From contig JBAXBA010000030.1 in NCBI GenBank assembly GCA_037142195.1, positions 1 through 41,341 of the forward strand: DNA of 41,341 bases, read 5' to 3'. This DNA comes from Pseudomonadota bacterium (GTDB lineage Bacteria; Bdellovibrionota_B; Oligoflexia; Oligoflexales; CAIMVM01). A program made the position numbers and the translations under genes. The notes below the pieces were generated by a model. The model searched no databases. It saw only the letters and a list, made by a program, of their open reading frames with translations, and was not told where the DNA came from. Numbering within the stretch: the first letter of the stretch is position 1; every line of letters starts with the position of its first letter. Of the stretch, positions 19,030 to 29,340 are shown piece by piece.

Positions 19030-20985
19030 TCACTTTTCAATGACGGTAACAAAGCCGGGCGCTGCGCGCGTGTTCGGATCTCCGAATGGAAGGTACGATG
19101 TCGCATTCGTCCCGGCAATTACGAACACCTGGCCAGTCGGACCAGCATATAGATTGACTATGTTTTCCGCCCCCAGTGTCCCGAAGAAACTCGTTCCGCC
19201 GTATGTTCCGTCGGCATTCAGGGCGCCGAGGTAGGCATCGGTTCCACCGACGGCTGTCGAGTTGTCAGTTCCGCCGGTGAAGTCGAAATTGACTGGGCCT
19301 CCCGTATAAGTGCCCAAGCTATAGAAATGGCCATCAGGCGTCGCCGCATGCCAATAGGTTACTAGCGCCGCGGTGGCGCGCCCCCAAGCAAAAGATCCGT
19401 CGGGCCCTAGCTTTGCTATCATTGAACCACCACTGCAGTTCGTCCCGGCATCGGTCGGCGTAAAGCGCAGCACCGTGCTGCCGCAGTAACTGTATACCAT
19501 GACGTCGTGATTCTGAGTAATGCTGAGGCCATGCGCATAGTCCCAACCGTTACCTGCGAAGCCATAAATCCACCGGTATCCCAAGTTCCCGTCCAAGGCG
19601 ATGACGACGTTGTCGACAGCGCCTCCATTGGTGATTGTGTGGGATGCGGCTCCCGGGCCTACGATGGTGCTGCCCTTAAAAGCATCGGCGAGGTAAACGT
19701 TGCCATTGCTCTGGTCGACCGCAATCTTGCCGCCCCAGCCGCCATCTGAAAGGGCGGTCCCGAATCGGACGCTGCTGCCATAGCTTCCGTCCGAATTGAT
19801 CTTGGTTACGAACGTGTCGGTGTAGCCATTGGAACTTAGATTGTCGGTGCCCGAGGTCGGATTAAAATCGACCGTTCCGGAAAAACCGCCGAGTATGTAG
19901 GTGGCGCCACCCGGCCCAATCGCAGAGTCATATTGCCCCACCGGGCCGTCTACGCTCCACTGCACTTGGCCACTCGCATTGAGTTTCGTGACGACATAGT
20001 GACTGGATGCAGATCCTGAAAGGACGATGTCTTGGTTAGCGTCTGCAAAGACCTTACTTACCGAAAGGCCACCTGGCAGCAAAAAAACCGCTTCAAACTT
20101 AAAATTGGCGTCGAAACGAGCTACCCACGCGCTGGCCCCCGAAATAGTGGTTAATTGGCTCGCGTTGGCAGGATCGAAGGCGCGCGACGAGGCTACGGAG
20201 TCGTTGCCCGCGAGGTATACTTTGCCATCGGACGCTTGGAATACAGCCGAAGCCGAATAGGGCACGAACCAACGGGTAACGTTGACCGCCAAAGGACTGT
20301 CTGTCGAGTAGGATTTGACTCCAGCGCCGTCGATTGAAGCGACGCACACGTAGTAGGTCCCGTCGGTCATGGGCGCCATCGTCTTGGTCAGTGTATCACT
20401 CGCCACGGAATATAATGCCAGAGGCACGGTGTAGCAGTCATTGGTCGTACGCACTGACACCTCGTAGCTGGCTGCGCCCGTCACCCCACTCCAGGTCGCC
20501 TTGATCCGGGAGGTCGATATCGATGCGGTCGGCTCAGACATAGCGAATGATGCGCGTCGATAATCGATACCGAAATCCAATACAATGGAGCTCTGGATGT
20601 TTGCGGCATTCTTGGCAGTGATCGTGTAAGTCGCCCTTTCAAGTGTCACTGTCGGGATGCCACTGATGGCGCCCGTGGATGTATCGATAGCCAAGCCCTG
20701 CGGCAAAGCTGGTTCAATGGAAAACGTCCACAAGCCACCAGAGTCGTTTCGCTCGACTACAGGAAGTACTATCGCCGAGCCCAGATCCACAACTGCGCTC
20801 GTTGCAGCATATGAAAATGTCGGTAATTCCGATGTGGAAGGATTCGGACCTTGGTCCTTTTTCCCGGCTATAGGAGACGCACTATACTTATTTTTAGATG
20901 TTTTTGTGATTAACCCTTTTTGCAGACATCCGACAAGGAAGCAGACAATCGACCACAACAATAAGTTTCTAAATTTAAACATCAA
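19030..20985 (-). CDS. Surface lipoprotein with putative Ig (He_PIG), FN3-like and SBBP-like beta-propeller repeats
   Basis: LVGC lipobox; PALPQGLAIDTSTGAISGIPT; FSGTVDFNP...DTFVTKINSDG repeats; GC well above the flanks. Confidence 0.75.
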   Translation of the reverse strand: MMFKFRNLLLWSIVCFLVGCLQKGLITKTSKNKYSASPIAGKKDQGPNPSTSELPTFSYAATSAVVDLGSAIVLPVVERNDSGGLWTFSIEPALPQGLAIDTSTGAISGIPTVTLERATYTITAKNAANIQSSIVLDFGIDYRRASFAMSEPTASISTSRIKATWSGVTGAASYEVSVRTTNDCYTVPLALYSVASDTLTKTMAPMTDGTYYVCVASIDGAGVKSYSTDSPLAVNVTRWFVPYSASAVFQASDGKVYLAGNDSVASSRAFDPANASQLTTISGASAWVARFDANFKFEAVFLLPGGLSVSKVFADANQDIVLSGSASSHYVVTKLNASGQVQWSVDGPVGQYDSAIGPGGATYILGGFSGTVDFNPTSGTDNLSSNGYTDTFVTKINSDGSYGSSVRFGTALSDGGWGGKIAVDQSNGNVYLADAFKGSTIVGPGAASHTITNGGAVDNVVIALDGNLGYRWIYGFAGNGWDYAHGLSITQNHDVMVYSYCGSTVLRFTPTDAGTNCSGGSMIAKLGPDGSFAWGRATAALVTYWHAATPDGHFYSLGTYTGGPVNFDFTGGTDNSTAVGGTDAYLGALNADGTYGGTSFFGTLGAENIVNLYAGPTGQVFVIAGTNATSYLPFGDPNTRAAPGFVTVIEK

Positions 20986-21279
20986 CTATCTCCGTTCATA
21001 CAGTCATGCTTAGAATAGCGATCATCCAGTAGTTAGCGCTAATAAAGATCTATCGCCTCATGGGGGAAAAATCTGAAGCCCCCCCAAAAAACATCTGTAA
21101 CCAGTGGTAAAATTTGAAGTAATGTTAAATTCCCACGGGCATTAAATCTCATCTCATTGGCAAAGTGCGGAACAAAATAGATGCATCTGCTCTTTTAGTT
21201 AAAGCCGTTAAATAATCGAAATCACGTCGACTAAGGAAATATGCTGGTAGTGTTATTGTAGTGCCAAGTCTTCTTTTTG

Positions 21280-21564
21280 TTACCTGCGAAGACGAGGTTT
21301 TCTCCGCATTCTTATATCATGAATGAGGTTACGGCCTTCCTCTCGATCGCGCTCTGAAACTTGGGAATAAGGAATATCAAGCTCTGCACCTACAAGAGCA
21401 TACCAAGCCATCAAGTGAATTCTCTCTGGAAAAACAGAACACCATTTTAAAAAAACTTTTCGGTATCCTAGTTCTAAAAAGTCTTCCCTCGACAGGATTC
21501 CGAGCTGTCGAAGCTCTGCTCCAGTTACAGGCCCTAAATTTTTCATTTTCTCAATGGGAATCAT
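21280..21564 (-). CDS. TfoX/Sxy C-terminal domain protein
   Basis: MKNLGPVTGAELRQLGI...LG...YALVGA signature. Confidence 0.8.
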   Translation of the reverse strand: MIPIEKMKNLGPVTGAELRQLGILSREDFLELGYRKVFLKWCSVFPERIHLMAWYALVGAELDIPYSQVSERDREEGRNLIHDIRMRRKPRLRR

Positions 21565-21960
21565 GACTTTAAACCTTTGCAGAATAGGTCATTCCTTAAA
21601 AAAACCAAAGTTATTTGGAATCCACAAACGCAAACCTCATAGCACTTTAAGAGATTCCTCTCAAAAGTCACTCCATTTCTCTTGCTTAATCTAAACTCAC
21701 CAAAGAAGAAATAAGAAGCCTAAATACATCAAAACTCTTTGGAGTGTCTTGCCCTTAATACCTATCCGTTTGATAGTTAAAAAAGTTCCATGAAAAGAAA
21801 ACCTCTTATAGCAACTGCCCTAGGAGATCTCAAAACTTACTAAGCAGGGCTTGGGCCATACTTACTCGCAGGGAATGAAAGGGAGGTAAATTCAAAAAAC
21901 CAACCCTTCCCGACTTAAAACACCAACTGCTATGGGCCAAATTTTTTCTGTTGCGACGGC

Positions 21961-23067
21961 TTAACTCACAAAGTCCCGTACTTTTCTCGGAAAGCGAATC
22001 ACAAAACGCGTATTCTTGCACCCCACATCCAAGGCCAAAAAACCTCCATTTGCTTCGACGTTTCTTTTGGCAAGGTTTAAGCCCACTCCCGATCCTTTGC
22101 CTACATCTCGAGTGGTAAAAAAGGGCAGCATAATCTTATGTCTGAGATCTTCCGAAATTCCCGACCCTGAATCCGTGACCATAATGACCAAATCGTCTTC
22201 CATTTTGCATATATCTACCTTTATCCATTTCTCTGCATACCTCTCTGCGGCGTCTATGGAGTTTAGTAGAAGTTGCTCAACAGCCCCCACAAGCTGCATT
22301 TCTCGCCCCTGAACCGATCCATCTAAAATCTGGTTGGACATTTCTATAGATATCTGGGTCGTGTTTTTTTGATTGCGTGCAAATTCTAACGCTTTTTTAA
22401 CGACTTCATCCAGAGAAACGTTGGTCACTTCCTCGTCGCTGTCACTGGAAGCAGCATCTCTTAAACTTCGAACAATGTGGGCTATACGTGCAACATTGCG
22501 ATTTAGAGAATCAATATGTTTTTGACTGTTCTCAATAGTTAACAAGCCTTTTTTAAGTAAATTATTTAAGGAGTTCGCTTGGCCCTGAACAATTGTGAGT
22601 GGGTTATTAATTTCATGAGCAAATCCTGCTGCTAACTTCTCAAGAGACTGAATTCGAGAAACTGTAGCCAACTCGAAGGTAGAGTCTATAATTTTCTTGT
22701 CTAGAAGCATTTCATTGGTTTTATCTTTTGCGATGCACAAAACTACGGGAGTTCTCGAAACGGCACTACGTTGTAAATATTTATAAGTACACTCAAACTG
22801 CTTACCGGCAACGGGAGTTACGACTACTAGTGTATCTTTCTTTTCAAAACACGCCTGAAAACTGCGCTGTTTAAAAGGTGTTCTCTTAGTTTCAAAAATC
22901 TTTGAGCCAATGAGCTCTTCTGATGACAAATTAAGAAGATTCCAAGAGTCCCCGAAAGCCGACAAAACACTTCCGACTTCGCTTAAGACCACATAAGCGC
23001 CTGGAATCGCGCCTAAAACAAATCTTTCTAGAGGATCCACCAATTCTGTCTCCATGAATAGGCCCAT
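21961..23067 (-). CDS. PAS-like sensor histidine kinase (NtrB-like)
   Basis: AHEINNPL H-box, NSIDA, DSGSGI, PFFTT, GSGVGL; start uncertain (23067, 23055 or 23145). Confidence 0.88.
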   Translation of the reverse strand: MGLFMETELVDPLERFVLGAIPGAYVVLSEVGSVLSAFGDSWNLLNLSSEELIGSKIFETKRTPFKQRSFQACFEKKDTLVVVTPVAGKQFECTYKYLQRSAVSRTPVVLCIAKDKTNEMLLDKKIIDSTFELATVSRIQSLEKLAAGFAHEINNPLTIVQGQANSLNNLLKKGLLTIENSQKHIDSLNRNVARIAHIVRSLRDAASSDSDEEVTNVSLDEVVKKALEFARNQKNTTQISIEMSNQILDGSVQGREMQLVGAVEQLLLNSIDAAERYAEKWIKVDICKMEDDLVIMVTDSGSGISEDLRHKIMLPFFTTRDVGKGSGVGLNLAKRNVEANGGFLALDVGCKNTRFVIRFPRKVRDFVS

Positions 23068-23165
23068 TTCAAAACGTCTTGGGTTGAATGGAAGTATACC
23101 TAGAATTATAATGAACTCTGGACTTAAATTCAAATTTCCGACCAAAGACTAGCAAGGCGCAAACA

Positions 23166-23639
23166 ATGTCATTTCATGTGGTAATAGATCGATCTGATGT
23201 GCATGTTAAAGTTTCTATGTGGGGCGCTATCGACGAATTTTCCCATGAGGGATTTAAGCCCATGCTCGCTATTGGAAGTGGGAAAACCATACTGAATCTT
23301 GACGGAGTGACTTCCATTAATAGTATGGGAGTTAGGATATGGCTCAATTTCATGAAGAATTTTCGCCTTAATCACGAGATTACCCTTCAGAAGTGCCCGG
23401 TGGATGTCGTTATGCAAGTCAACATGATTCCTGACTTTTTGGGAATGGGACAAGTAGAAAGCTTCTATGCCCCCTACTTTTGTGAAAAGTGCAATCGAAG
23501 CTATCAGATGTTTTTTTTGACGGAAGACATTAAGAAAGATTTAGGATCGAGCCTTTCCACCCAAAACTGCCCTACTTGCAAATCCCCCAATCCCTGTGGA
23601 GAAGACACGGACGAATATCTTTATTTTATGCAGTTTTAG
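23166..23639 (+). CDS. STAS/anti-sigma-antagonist-like protein with C-terminal CxxC..CxxC zinc ribbon
   Basis: LNLDGVTSINSMGVRIW STAS motif with phosphorylatable Ser; CEKC and CPTC. Confidence 0.7.
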   Translation: MSFHVVIDRSDVHVKVSMWGAIDEFSHEGFKPMLAIGSGKTILNLDGVTSINSMGVRIWLNFMKNFRLNHEITLQKCPVDVVMQVNMIPDFLGMGQVESFYAPYFCEKCNRSYQMFFLTEDIKKDLGSSLSTQNCPTCKSPNPCGEDTDEYLYFMQF

Positions 23640-23780
23640 ATGAAAGTCTTTGACCTACTGCGCTCTGTGCAAAACCATGTTTCACTCATGGGTCCATTTT
23701 AGCCACTGATTCGAGTTCGAATCCGTCTCACAAAACAGCTCCTTCCCAGATTTTCTGCTCTGGAAAATGTTTCCCAAACT

Positions 23781-23820
23781 AAAAAAATCCAGGGTTGCCG
23801 CAAAGCAACTCTGGATTCTT
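23781..23820 (-). terminator. Intrinsic terminator (possibly bidirectional)
   Basis: Minus strand aatccagagttgc-tttgcg-gcaaccctggatt followed by a T run, just downstream of the 23847 stop. Confidence 0.75.
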
Positions 23821-23846
23821 TAAGAAAATTGTACAAAACGAAAGGC

Positions 23847-24821
23847 TTATAAAATGGTCGCGCTCACACCCAATGCTACAGAAATTGGCTGAGGAACGTT
23901 TGCATCAGTTGTCTTTTTAAGTAAAACTTTATTCTTAGCCGTAGTGATATTCATATCTACGTAAGAATAAACTGAAACCGCGTCGGTCGCTGCATAGCTT
24001 CCTTTGATTTCAATGAGGCTGATGGTCGATGCACTTGCCAAATGGTCCACTTTGAGGGAGTCATTATTGCTAGTCAAAGAGTAGACTGGATTGTATTGAC
24101 GGCGTAAAGACAGTTCTCCACTTAGCGTCAATTTAGAGGCAAAGCTTGGAACTAAAGTGGTACCAAGTGTGTATTCCATGCGCGGAGCCACGTTTGTTGC
24201 GATTACTTCATTATTACCGGTTTCTGCGTTTGTATTAACAGAAAGATCTTCTTTCTCTGCTGAAGTCAAACCAGCTACTCCATCTACCCTCGTTGCTCGC
24301 TTTGTTCTTTGAGCGTATGCGGCAACGCCGCCATAAGGAGTGACTTTACCCACTACAGTGGAAATTTCTTTGGTTGAGTCTAATGACAAACCAAGACGCT
24401 GGCTTCCTGCTAATGTGTCATTATCTTGATCACCTAAGTTAAGCTTTGCGATTCCCGTTAAACTTAAGGCATCACTTCCGGCAATGGCGTAGGTTGCATT
24501 CAATTCATTTCTACCTAGGAAATACTTTTGTTCTGCTTCTGGTCCTCGATCTCCAAGAGAGAGACGAGTGATATAGGCTGCGTTTAACTTTTCTTTCTTG
24601 AGGCCGAGAGATAGCTCCATAAAGCCAGTCGATTTGTCAGTTTTTTTAAGACTCCCTTGGGTAAGAGTATTTCCACTTTCTAGGGTGGCTCCAGAACTAA
24701 ATTTTACTGCATTTGGGCTTGGTGCCGTTGCGGTCGCCGTCATATCAGCGCCTTGCGCCAGCTGCGTTAGTACTAAACTCGAAAGTAACAGGTAGCTCTT
24801 TTTCATAATTTTTATCTCCAT
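23847..24821 (-). CDS. Exported protein, probable outer-membrane beta-barrel
   Basis: Signal peptide ending AQG, alternating amphipathic strands, C-terminal VALGVSATIL; true start may be 24806. Confidence 0.6.
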   Translation of the reverse strand: MEIKIMKKSYLLLSSLVLTQLAQGADMTATATAPSPNAVKFSSGATLESGNTLTQGSLKKTDKSTGFMELSLGLKKEKLNAAYITRLSLGDRGPEAEQKYFLGRNELNATYAIAGSDALSLTGIAKLNLGDQDNDTLAGSQRLGLSLDSTKEISTVVGKVTPYGGVAAYAQRTKRATRVDGVAGLTSAEKEDLSVNTNAETGNNEVIATNVAPRMEYTLGTTLVPSFASKLTLSGELSLRRQYNPVYSLTSNNDSLKVDHLASASTISLIEIKGSYAATDAVSVYSYVDMNITTAKNKVLLKKTTDANVPQPISVALGVSATIL

Positions 24822-25028
24822 TCCTTTTGTTCAAGAAATACCCCACTAGGCACCCCTCTTTGCCCCTTATAGACTGGCCTCTATTCGAAAGTCAATGCTC
24901 TGGCTTAACTTTATTTAATGAACCCTAAAATGCAGTCATTTTAGCGTATTAAACAGGTTCTTATCTGCCCTGAAAAACCCACCTAGATGGGTTAAAACCG
25001 ACCTTTAAAGACAAGTTCTTCGTGCAAA

Positions 25029-26138
25029 TCACTTCAACATCGCGTATTTGCCCTTATCGTCCCACTGATAGATGACATAGTCAGACTCTTTTAAATCGCC
25101 CTTTGCATCCCAAGACTTGGGACCCATCACAGTTTCCACAGTATTTACCTTCAACCATTGGGAAAGCTTTTTTCCATCTTTAGTCTTTAAAGCCTTCATG
25201 GCTGCTGCGATAGATTGAAGCGTAGCGTAACTATAGAGTGTATATCCTTCTGGCTCGTAACCTTTCTTTCTAAATGCCTCCACGACTGCTTTTCCAGAAG
25301 CTAACTCTCTAGCATCCGCTCCAAAGGTCATATAAACACCTTTGACATAATTCGGGCCACCGGCAGCACCTGCAAAATCCTGGGACACAATCCCATCACC
25401 GGAAATAAAGGCGGCCTTTACTCCTTGATCGCGCATTTGGCGAAGAAGAGGCCCCGCTTCCGAATGGAGCCCTCCAAAATAGACCACGTCTGCTCCGGCG
25501 CCTTTGATCTTGGTAACGAGAGCATTAAAATCTTTCTCACCACGGGTGAGCCCCTCAAAGAGGACTTCCTTGGTTCCCAATTTGTTAAGCTTGGCTTTCA
25601 TGGCATTAGCGAGTCCTAAACCATAGGTGTCTTTATCATTGAGAATCACGACTTTCTTGGCTTTTAACTTTTGGAATATAAACTCGGCTGCAACATTTCC
25701 CTGTTGGTCATCACGTCCACAGGTCCGAAGGGTTGTTGCTAACTTTCTTTCCGTAACCAGAGGATTTGTGGATGCTGGCGTCACGTTGAGAATATTTCCC
25801 TCATCATAGACTTCCGTCGCAGGAATAGTTGAAGAAGAACAAAAGTGTCCTATCACCGCTGCTACTTTATCATTGTGAACCAACTTATTGGCAACCGTAA
25901 CTGCCTGCTTGGGCTCACAGGCATCGTCAGCTTTAACGAGTAAGATTTGATCGCCATTAATGCCGCCTGCAGCATTAATATCTGCAGCAGCAGCTTCCGC
26001 GCCCTTCCAAAGCTGAGCCCCAAATGCTGCGTTGGCACCCGTGTGCGGCCCAGCCACGCCAATTTTTAACTCCCCACCTTTGGAAAAGCTCGCAAATGCG
26101 CTAACACCAAGCAAAGCAAAAAAGATCTTGCACACCAT
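25029..26138 (-). CDS. Branched-chain amino acid ABC substrate-binding protein (LivJ/LivK/BraC-like)
   Basis: IGVAGPHTG, DDACEPKQAV, GHFCSSSTIPA, RDDQQG, YGLGLA; signal peptide. Confidence 0.93.
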   Translation of the reverse strand: MVCKIFFALLGVSAFASFSKGGELKIGVAGPHTGANAAFGAQLWKGAEAAAADINAAGGINGDQILLVKADDACEPKQAVTVANKLVHNDKVAAVIGHFCSSSTIPATEVYDEGNILNVTPASTNPLVTERKLATTLRTCGRDDQQGNVAAEFIFQKLKAKKVVILNDKDTYGLGLANAMKAKLNKLGTKEVLFEGLTRGEKDFNALVTKIKGAGADVVYFGGLHSEAGPLLRQMRDQGVKAAFISGDGIVSQDFAGAAGGPNYVKGVYMTFGADARELASGKAVVEAFRKKGYEPEGYTLYSYATLQSIAAAMKALKTKDGKKLSQWLKVNTVETVMGPKSWDAKGDLKESDYVIYQWDDKGKYAMLK

Positions 26139-26300
26139 AAATGGCTCCTAGAAAAAATAAGTAACTCGGACTTCGGAGCGTGATCATAGTGGCGAATGCA
26201 TCGGATGAGCAATCGAAAAATGAAAATATGACTTAATTTTAGGCAAATTTGACCAGCATAGTCACAGATTTTTTAAGTTCGAAGTTGAGCTTGGAAGTAG

Positions 26301-26708
26301 CTAAGAAGATTTCTTAACTGCGATTGGTTTTAACCCAAGAATTTCACCCTCAACTACGAATCCCTCTTCGATAAAATAGAGGTACATCTTGAGTTTACCG
26401 TTCTTGGCAAACTTAAGATGCTCATCAACCCGAAGGCACAAGCCTCCGCTAGATATATCTGAAATACGCGCTTTAAAACTACGGGCTTCTAGAGATTTGG
26501 AGGCTGCTGCATCCACGCGTACCAAACGATCCAGATCTATTCTGACATCGCTGCGCTGGATAGCACCTTTTATCATACTTTCATTTACTTGGGCGTCTTT
26601 TTTCAAAACAGAACTATTAATGAAACGTCTAATCCTTTGTTCATCAGCTGATGACAAATTACAAAATTTCACTCGAATTTTTTTTTCTATAAGTTCATCA
26701 TTTGTCAT
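26301..26708 (-). CDS. PilZ domain protein (c-di-GMP receptor)
   Basis: RSDVR (RxxxR) and DISSGG (DxSxGG) motifs. Confidence 0.8.
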   Translation of the reverse strand: MTNDELIEKKIRVKFCNLSSADEQRIRRFINSSVLKKDAQVNESMIKGAIQRSDVRIDLDRLVRVDAAASKSLEARSFKARISDISSGGLCLRVDEHLKFAKNGKLKMYLYFIEEGFVVEGEILGLKPIAVKKSS

Positions 26709-26990
26709 AGGGAACCGTCTTCCATGATTAATAGCCCGCTACTTTACCATCGGAGGAAAGGCTGTTTCCATGAGTCATTTCTTGGAATGCATAGAGTTAC
26801 CTACTAAATACATCGAATTTACGCGAAAAGAAAAGGCTTGGCAAATCCCGGAAAAACCGCTCAATTAGCAATGTTCACTGTAGCTTATCTTTTTGTCGTT
26901 AGGTTTCTATTCCTTAAATAGAACCCATCTTTAAGCTCATTTCCCCAATGCCTTTTGAGTCTAAATCTTACTCGGAGGGAAGGAGGCCCC

Positions 26991-28598
26991 TTAAGCCCCA
27001 TAAAGCTTTCGACACTCCCAAAGCAATTTAGAAAGATACAACCTTCTTGATTCACCGGTAGCAACCATTAAGAGTTTCGTGATTTTTAGGTCAGAAGGCT
27101 CTGAAAAAAGCAGAAGTAACATCTCTTTAATATAATCTGTGCCGAGAGTTACATAATTATCAGTGCCGATACCAAGTTTGACTCCTTTTTTCTCCCACCA
27201 AGAAAAAGGGTGATCTTTAAACCCTGGAATGACGCCAGTCAGTTTTTGATTTGAAGACGGCAGGGATGTCACTGAGATTTGCTTATCTAAAACCCGATTA
27301 AGTACATCATGTTGATAGGACTCCACGGACTGAGCATGATGAAACTTCACTTTAATGAATTGCCTAATCTCATCAGGCGTCATGGGAATTCCTCTTTCGA
27401 TTTTAGCAAGTAGGGCCGGGTTTCCCCTCCAATCCATATCGCGCACCTCTCGGCCAATATAAGTATGAATGGGAAGCGATTTCTTAGCCTGGTTGTGGGA
27501 TATGGCTTCCTCTAAAATAGTCTGGTAGTAGAAATTAGGATTGATTCCAAGAGACAATCCGTGCTCCAAAGTGTCAATGCGCCAAATATTCATCGCATTA
27601 TCGACGGATTGGATACCCTGCCTCAGTGTATGAAAGGTTTCCCCATGGTGGCTGCGAATTCTAATGCCACGACTTTGAAGGCGATGGAATCCGGAAGCCA
27701 TTACGTGAAAATGTTCTTTTCTAAATAATTCCTTTTCATCGCCAACCGTATCAACATCAGTCAAGACTGAAGACAAATAAGGATGTTGATCCAGAAGTTC
27801 CAAAATGGAGTCAATTTGCGATTCAAAATGCTCTTTTTTGTTTTTAAAATGCGAGGAGTCAAAAAAATCTGCTTCTTTCCTAAAGCAGGGAGAGAGAACA
27901 AAATGAAATTTAGAATTTTCCTTTTGGTACTCTTTAAACCCATCATAAAGGCCTAGCACAACGTCATCGCTCGACAGGTTTTCTAATCCGACAACTCTCT
28001 CCGACTCTTGAAGCGTTAAGCGATTATAAGTAAATTTGAGGCGAATAAAGCCTACATTGTGCTCTTCAAACAACGTCTTCGCCATATGATAGCTTGCTTC
28101 ACGATGGGCATCTCTATCCACCAAAATCAGTTTGGGAAGATAGAGTATTTGTAAATAGCGTGCAAAACGCTCATGATCCTTAAGAAGTAAAAGCGATTTC
28201 AACTCCTCAAGAGTTGAGAATTTTGCGCCTTCTCCATATTCAGAAACTATTTTTTTTCTAACTTCCTCACTTTTTTTCCCTTTGAGAAGCTTTTGAAGCC
28301 TTGGAAAAATAAACTCGGGAGTTAAACTTCCCGTTAAATGTATATGCTCTTCCAAATAAGGAAGTGGAAAAGACTTAAAGAACCCTCGTAAACAAAATGT
28401 CACCTCATGGTTGAGAAGTGAAGAGACCTCGATTTCATTTTCATGGAATTTACGAAGGAGGGATACAAACTGTGTCACCTTTACCTGAATCGCTTCAGGC
28501 GTGCGCGGGCTGGCTGCTATGAGCTCAAGAGTTGGCAGAAGAGCGATGCCATTCGTCTCGGCAATCGTATAGGCTAAAATTCGTTCTAACTCTTTCAA
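26991..28598 (-). CDS. Adenosine/AMP deaminase-like amidohydrolase with extensions
   Basis: EHIHLTGS, HHGE, LEHG, LPSSN, GTDN metal/catalytic motifs; TTG start after AGGAG. Confidence 0.8.
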   Translation of the reverse strand: MKELERILAYTIAETNGIALLPTLELIAASPRTPEAIQVKVTQFVSLLRKFHENEIEVSSLLNHEVTFCLRGFFKSFPLPYLEEHIHLTGSLTPEFIFPRLQKLLKGKKSEEVRKKIVSEYGEGAKFSTLEELKSLLLLKDHERFARYLQILYLPKLILVDRDAHREASYHMAKTLFEEHNVGFIRLKFTYNRLTLQESERVVGLENLSSDDVVLGLYDGFKEYQKENSKFHFVLSPCFRKEADFFDSSHFKNKKEHFESQIDSILELLDQHPYLSSVLTDVDTVGDEKELFRKEHFHVMASGFHRLQSRGIRIRSHHGETFHTLRQGIQSVDNAMNIWRIDTLEHGLSLGINPNFYYQTILEEAISHNQAKKSLPIHTYIGREVRDMDWRGNPALLAKIERGIPMTPDEIRQFIKVKFHHAQSVESYQHDVLNRVLDKQISVTSLPSSNQKLTGVIPGFKDHPFSWWEKKGVKLGIGTDNYVTLGTDYIKEMLLLLFSEPSDLKITKLLMVATGESRRLYLSKLLWECRKLYGA

Positions 28599-28611
28599 AG
28601 AAGCTCCTACT

Positions 28612-28641
28612 AAAACTCCGAAGGAATTTCCTTCGGATTTT
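28612..28641 (-). terminator. Hairpin between the small Cys protein and the deaminase
   Basis: tccgaagga-att-tccttcgga with A/T flanks. Confidence 0.5.
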
Positions 28642-28666
28642 GTTTTAATCTTAAAACTTTAAAGCG

Positions 28667-28894
28667 TTACCCAGCCTTCTTGGATTTCGTCGTCTCGCTT
28701 GCGCCCTGAACTTCATCGGCTCTATCGACCAATACATCCCTTAATTCAGCAATGCACTCACCGCAGATGGGTTCTTCAATCAAGCGTTTAGAGAGTTCCC
28801 CCCAAACCACCAAGGCAGCTAAAGCTGCATTTGAAAAACTGGTCTCACGACATGCTTCATCACCGCCACATCTTGGACAGCACTGTCCTTTCAT
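28667..28894 (-). CDS. Small Cys-rich (putative zinc-binding) hypothetical protein
   Basis: CCPRC...CGEC; AAGGGG RBS before ATG 28894. Confidence 0.7.
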   Translation of the reverse strand: MKGQCCPRCGGDEACRETSFSNAALAALVVWGELSKRLIEEPICGECIAELRDVLVDRADEVQGASETTKSKKAG

Positions 28895-29340
28895 CTGAGA
28901 TCCCCTTAAAAATCTAATGGAATGATTTTTCAATTTGTTTTCCCTAGCATACCTCACTTTATTTCAAATATGCAAGATCAGGTCTTAGAAAACCTTAACT
29001 TAGAATTTTTAATCAGACCTGGGCATAAGCTCACATTCATCAAATACCATATGGGTACCAAAAGAATCTCTTATGTTTTTGCATGACGTAGCTTGCAGCT
29101 CCCCCATAAAACCTATTGGATTTAAATCCAGATTTCCATGGTGCCCCAGGGGCTCTACATCCGGCTTAAAGAACCGCTTTCGAGGGTGATTTCCTGTTAT
29201 GTGAAATGGCAAGAAGAAAAAAAATCCTTGGTATGTCTCTAACAAGAGACGAAAATAGTGCTTTTAATCAATTGCGCTAATCTTTTTTCGGGGAGCCACT
29301 GATCTTCTTCTGTTGGACAACCTGTTATTCGGGGTCATAG

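Noticed and set aside
23690..23735. GTTCGAATCC tRNA T-loop-like motif
   Set aside because: No acceptor, D or anticodon stems could be formed around it
26991..28598. RADAR (RdrAB) anti-phage system
   Set aside because: No neighbouring RdrA AAA+ ATPase, and the protein is shorter than typical RdrB
29009..29245. 78-aa minus-strand ORF next to the IS110
   Set aside because: TTG start, no clear RBS or motif; cannot be supported
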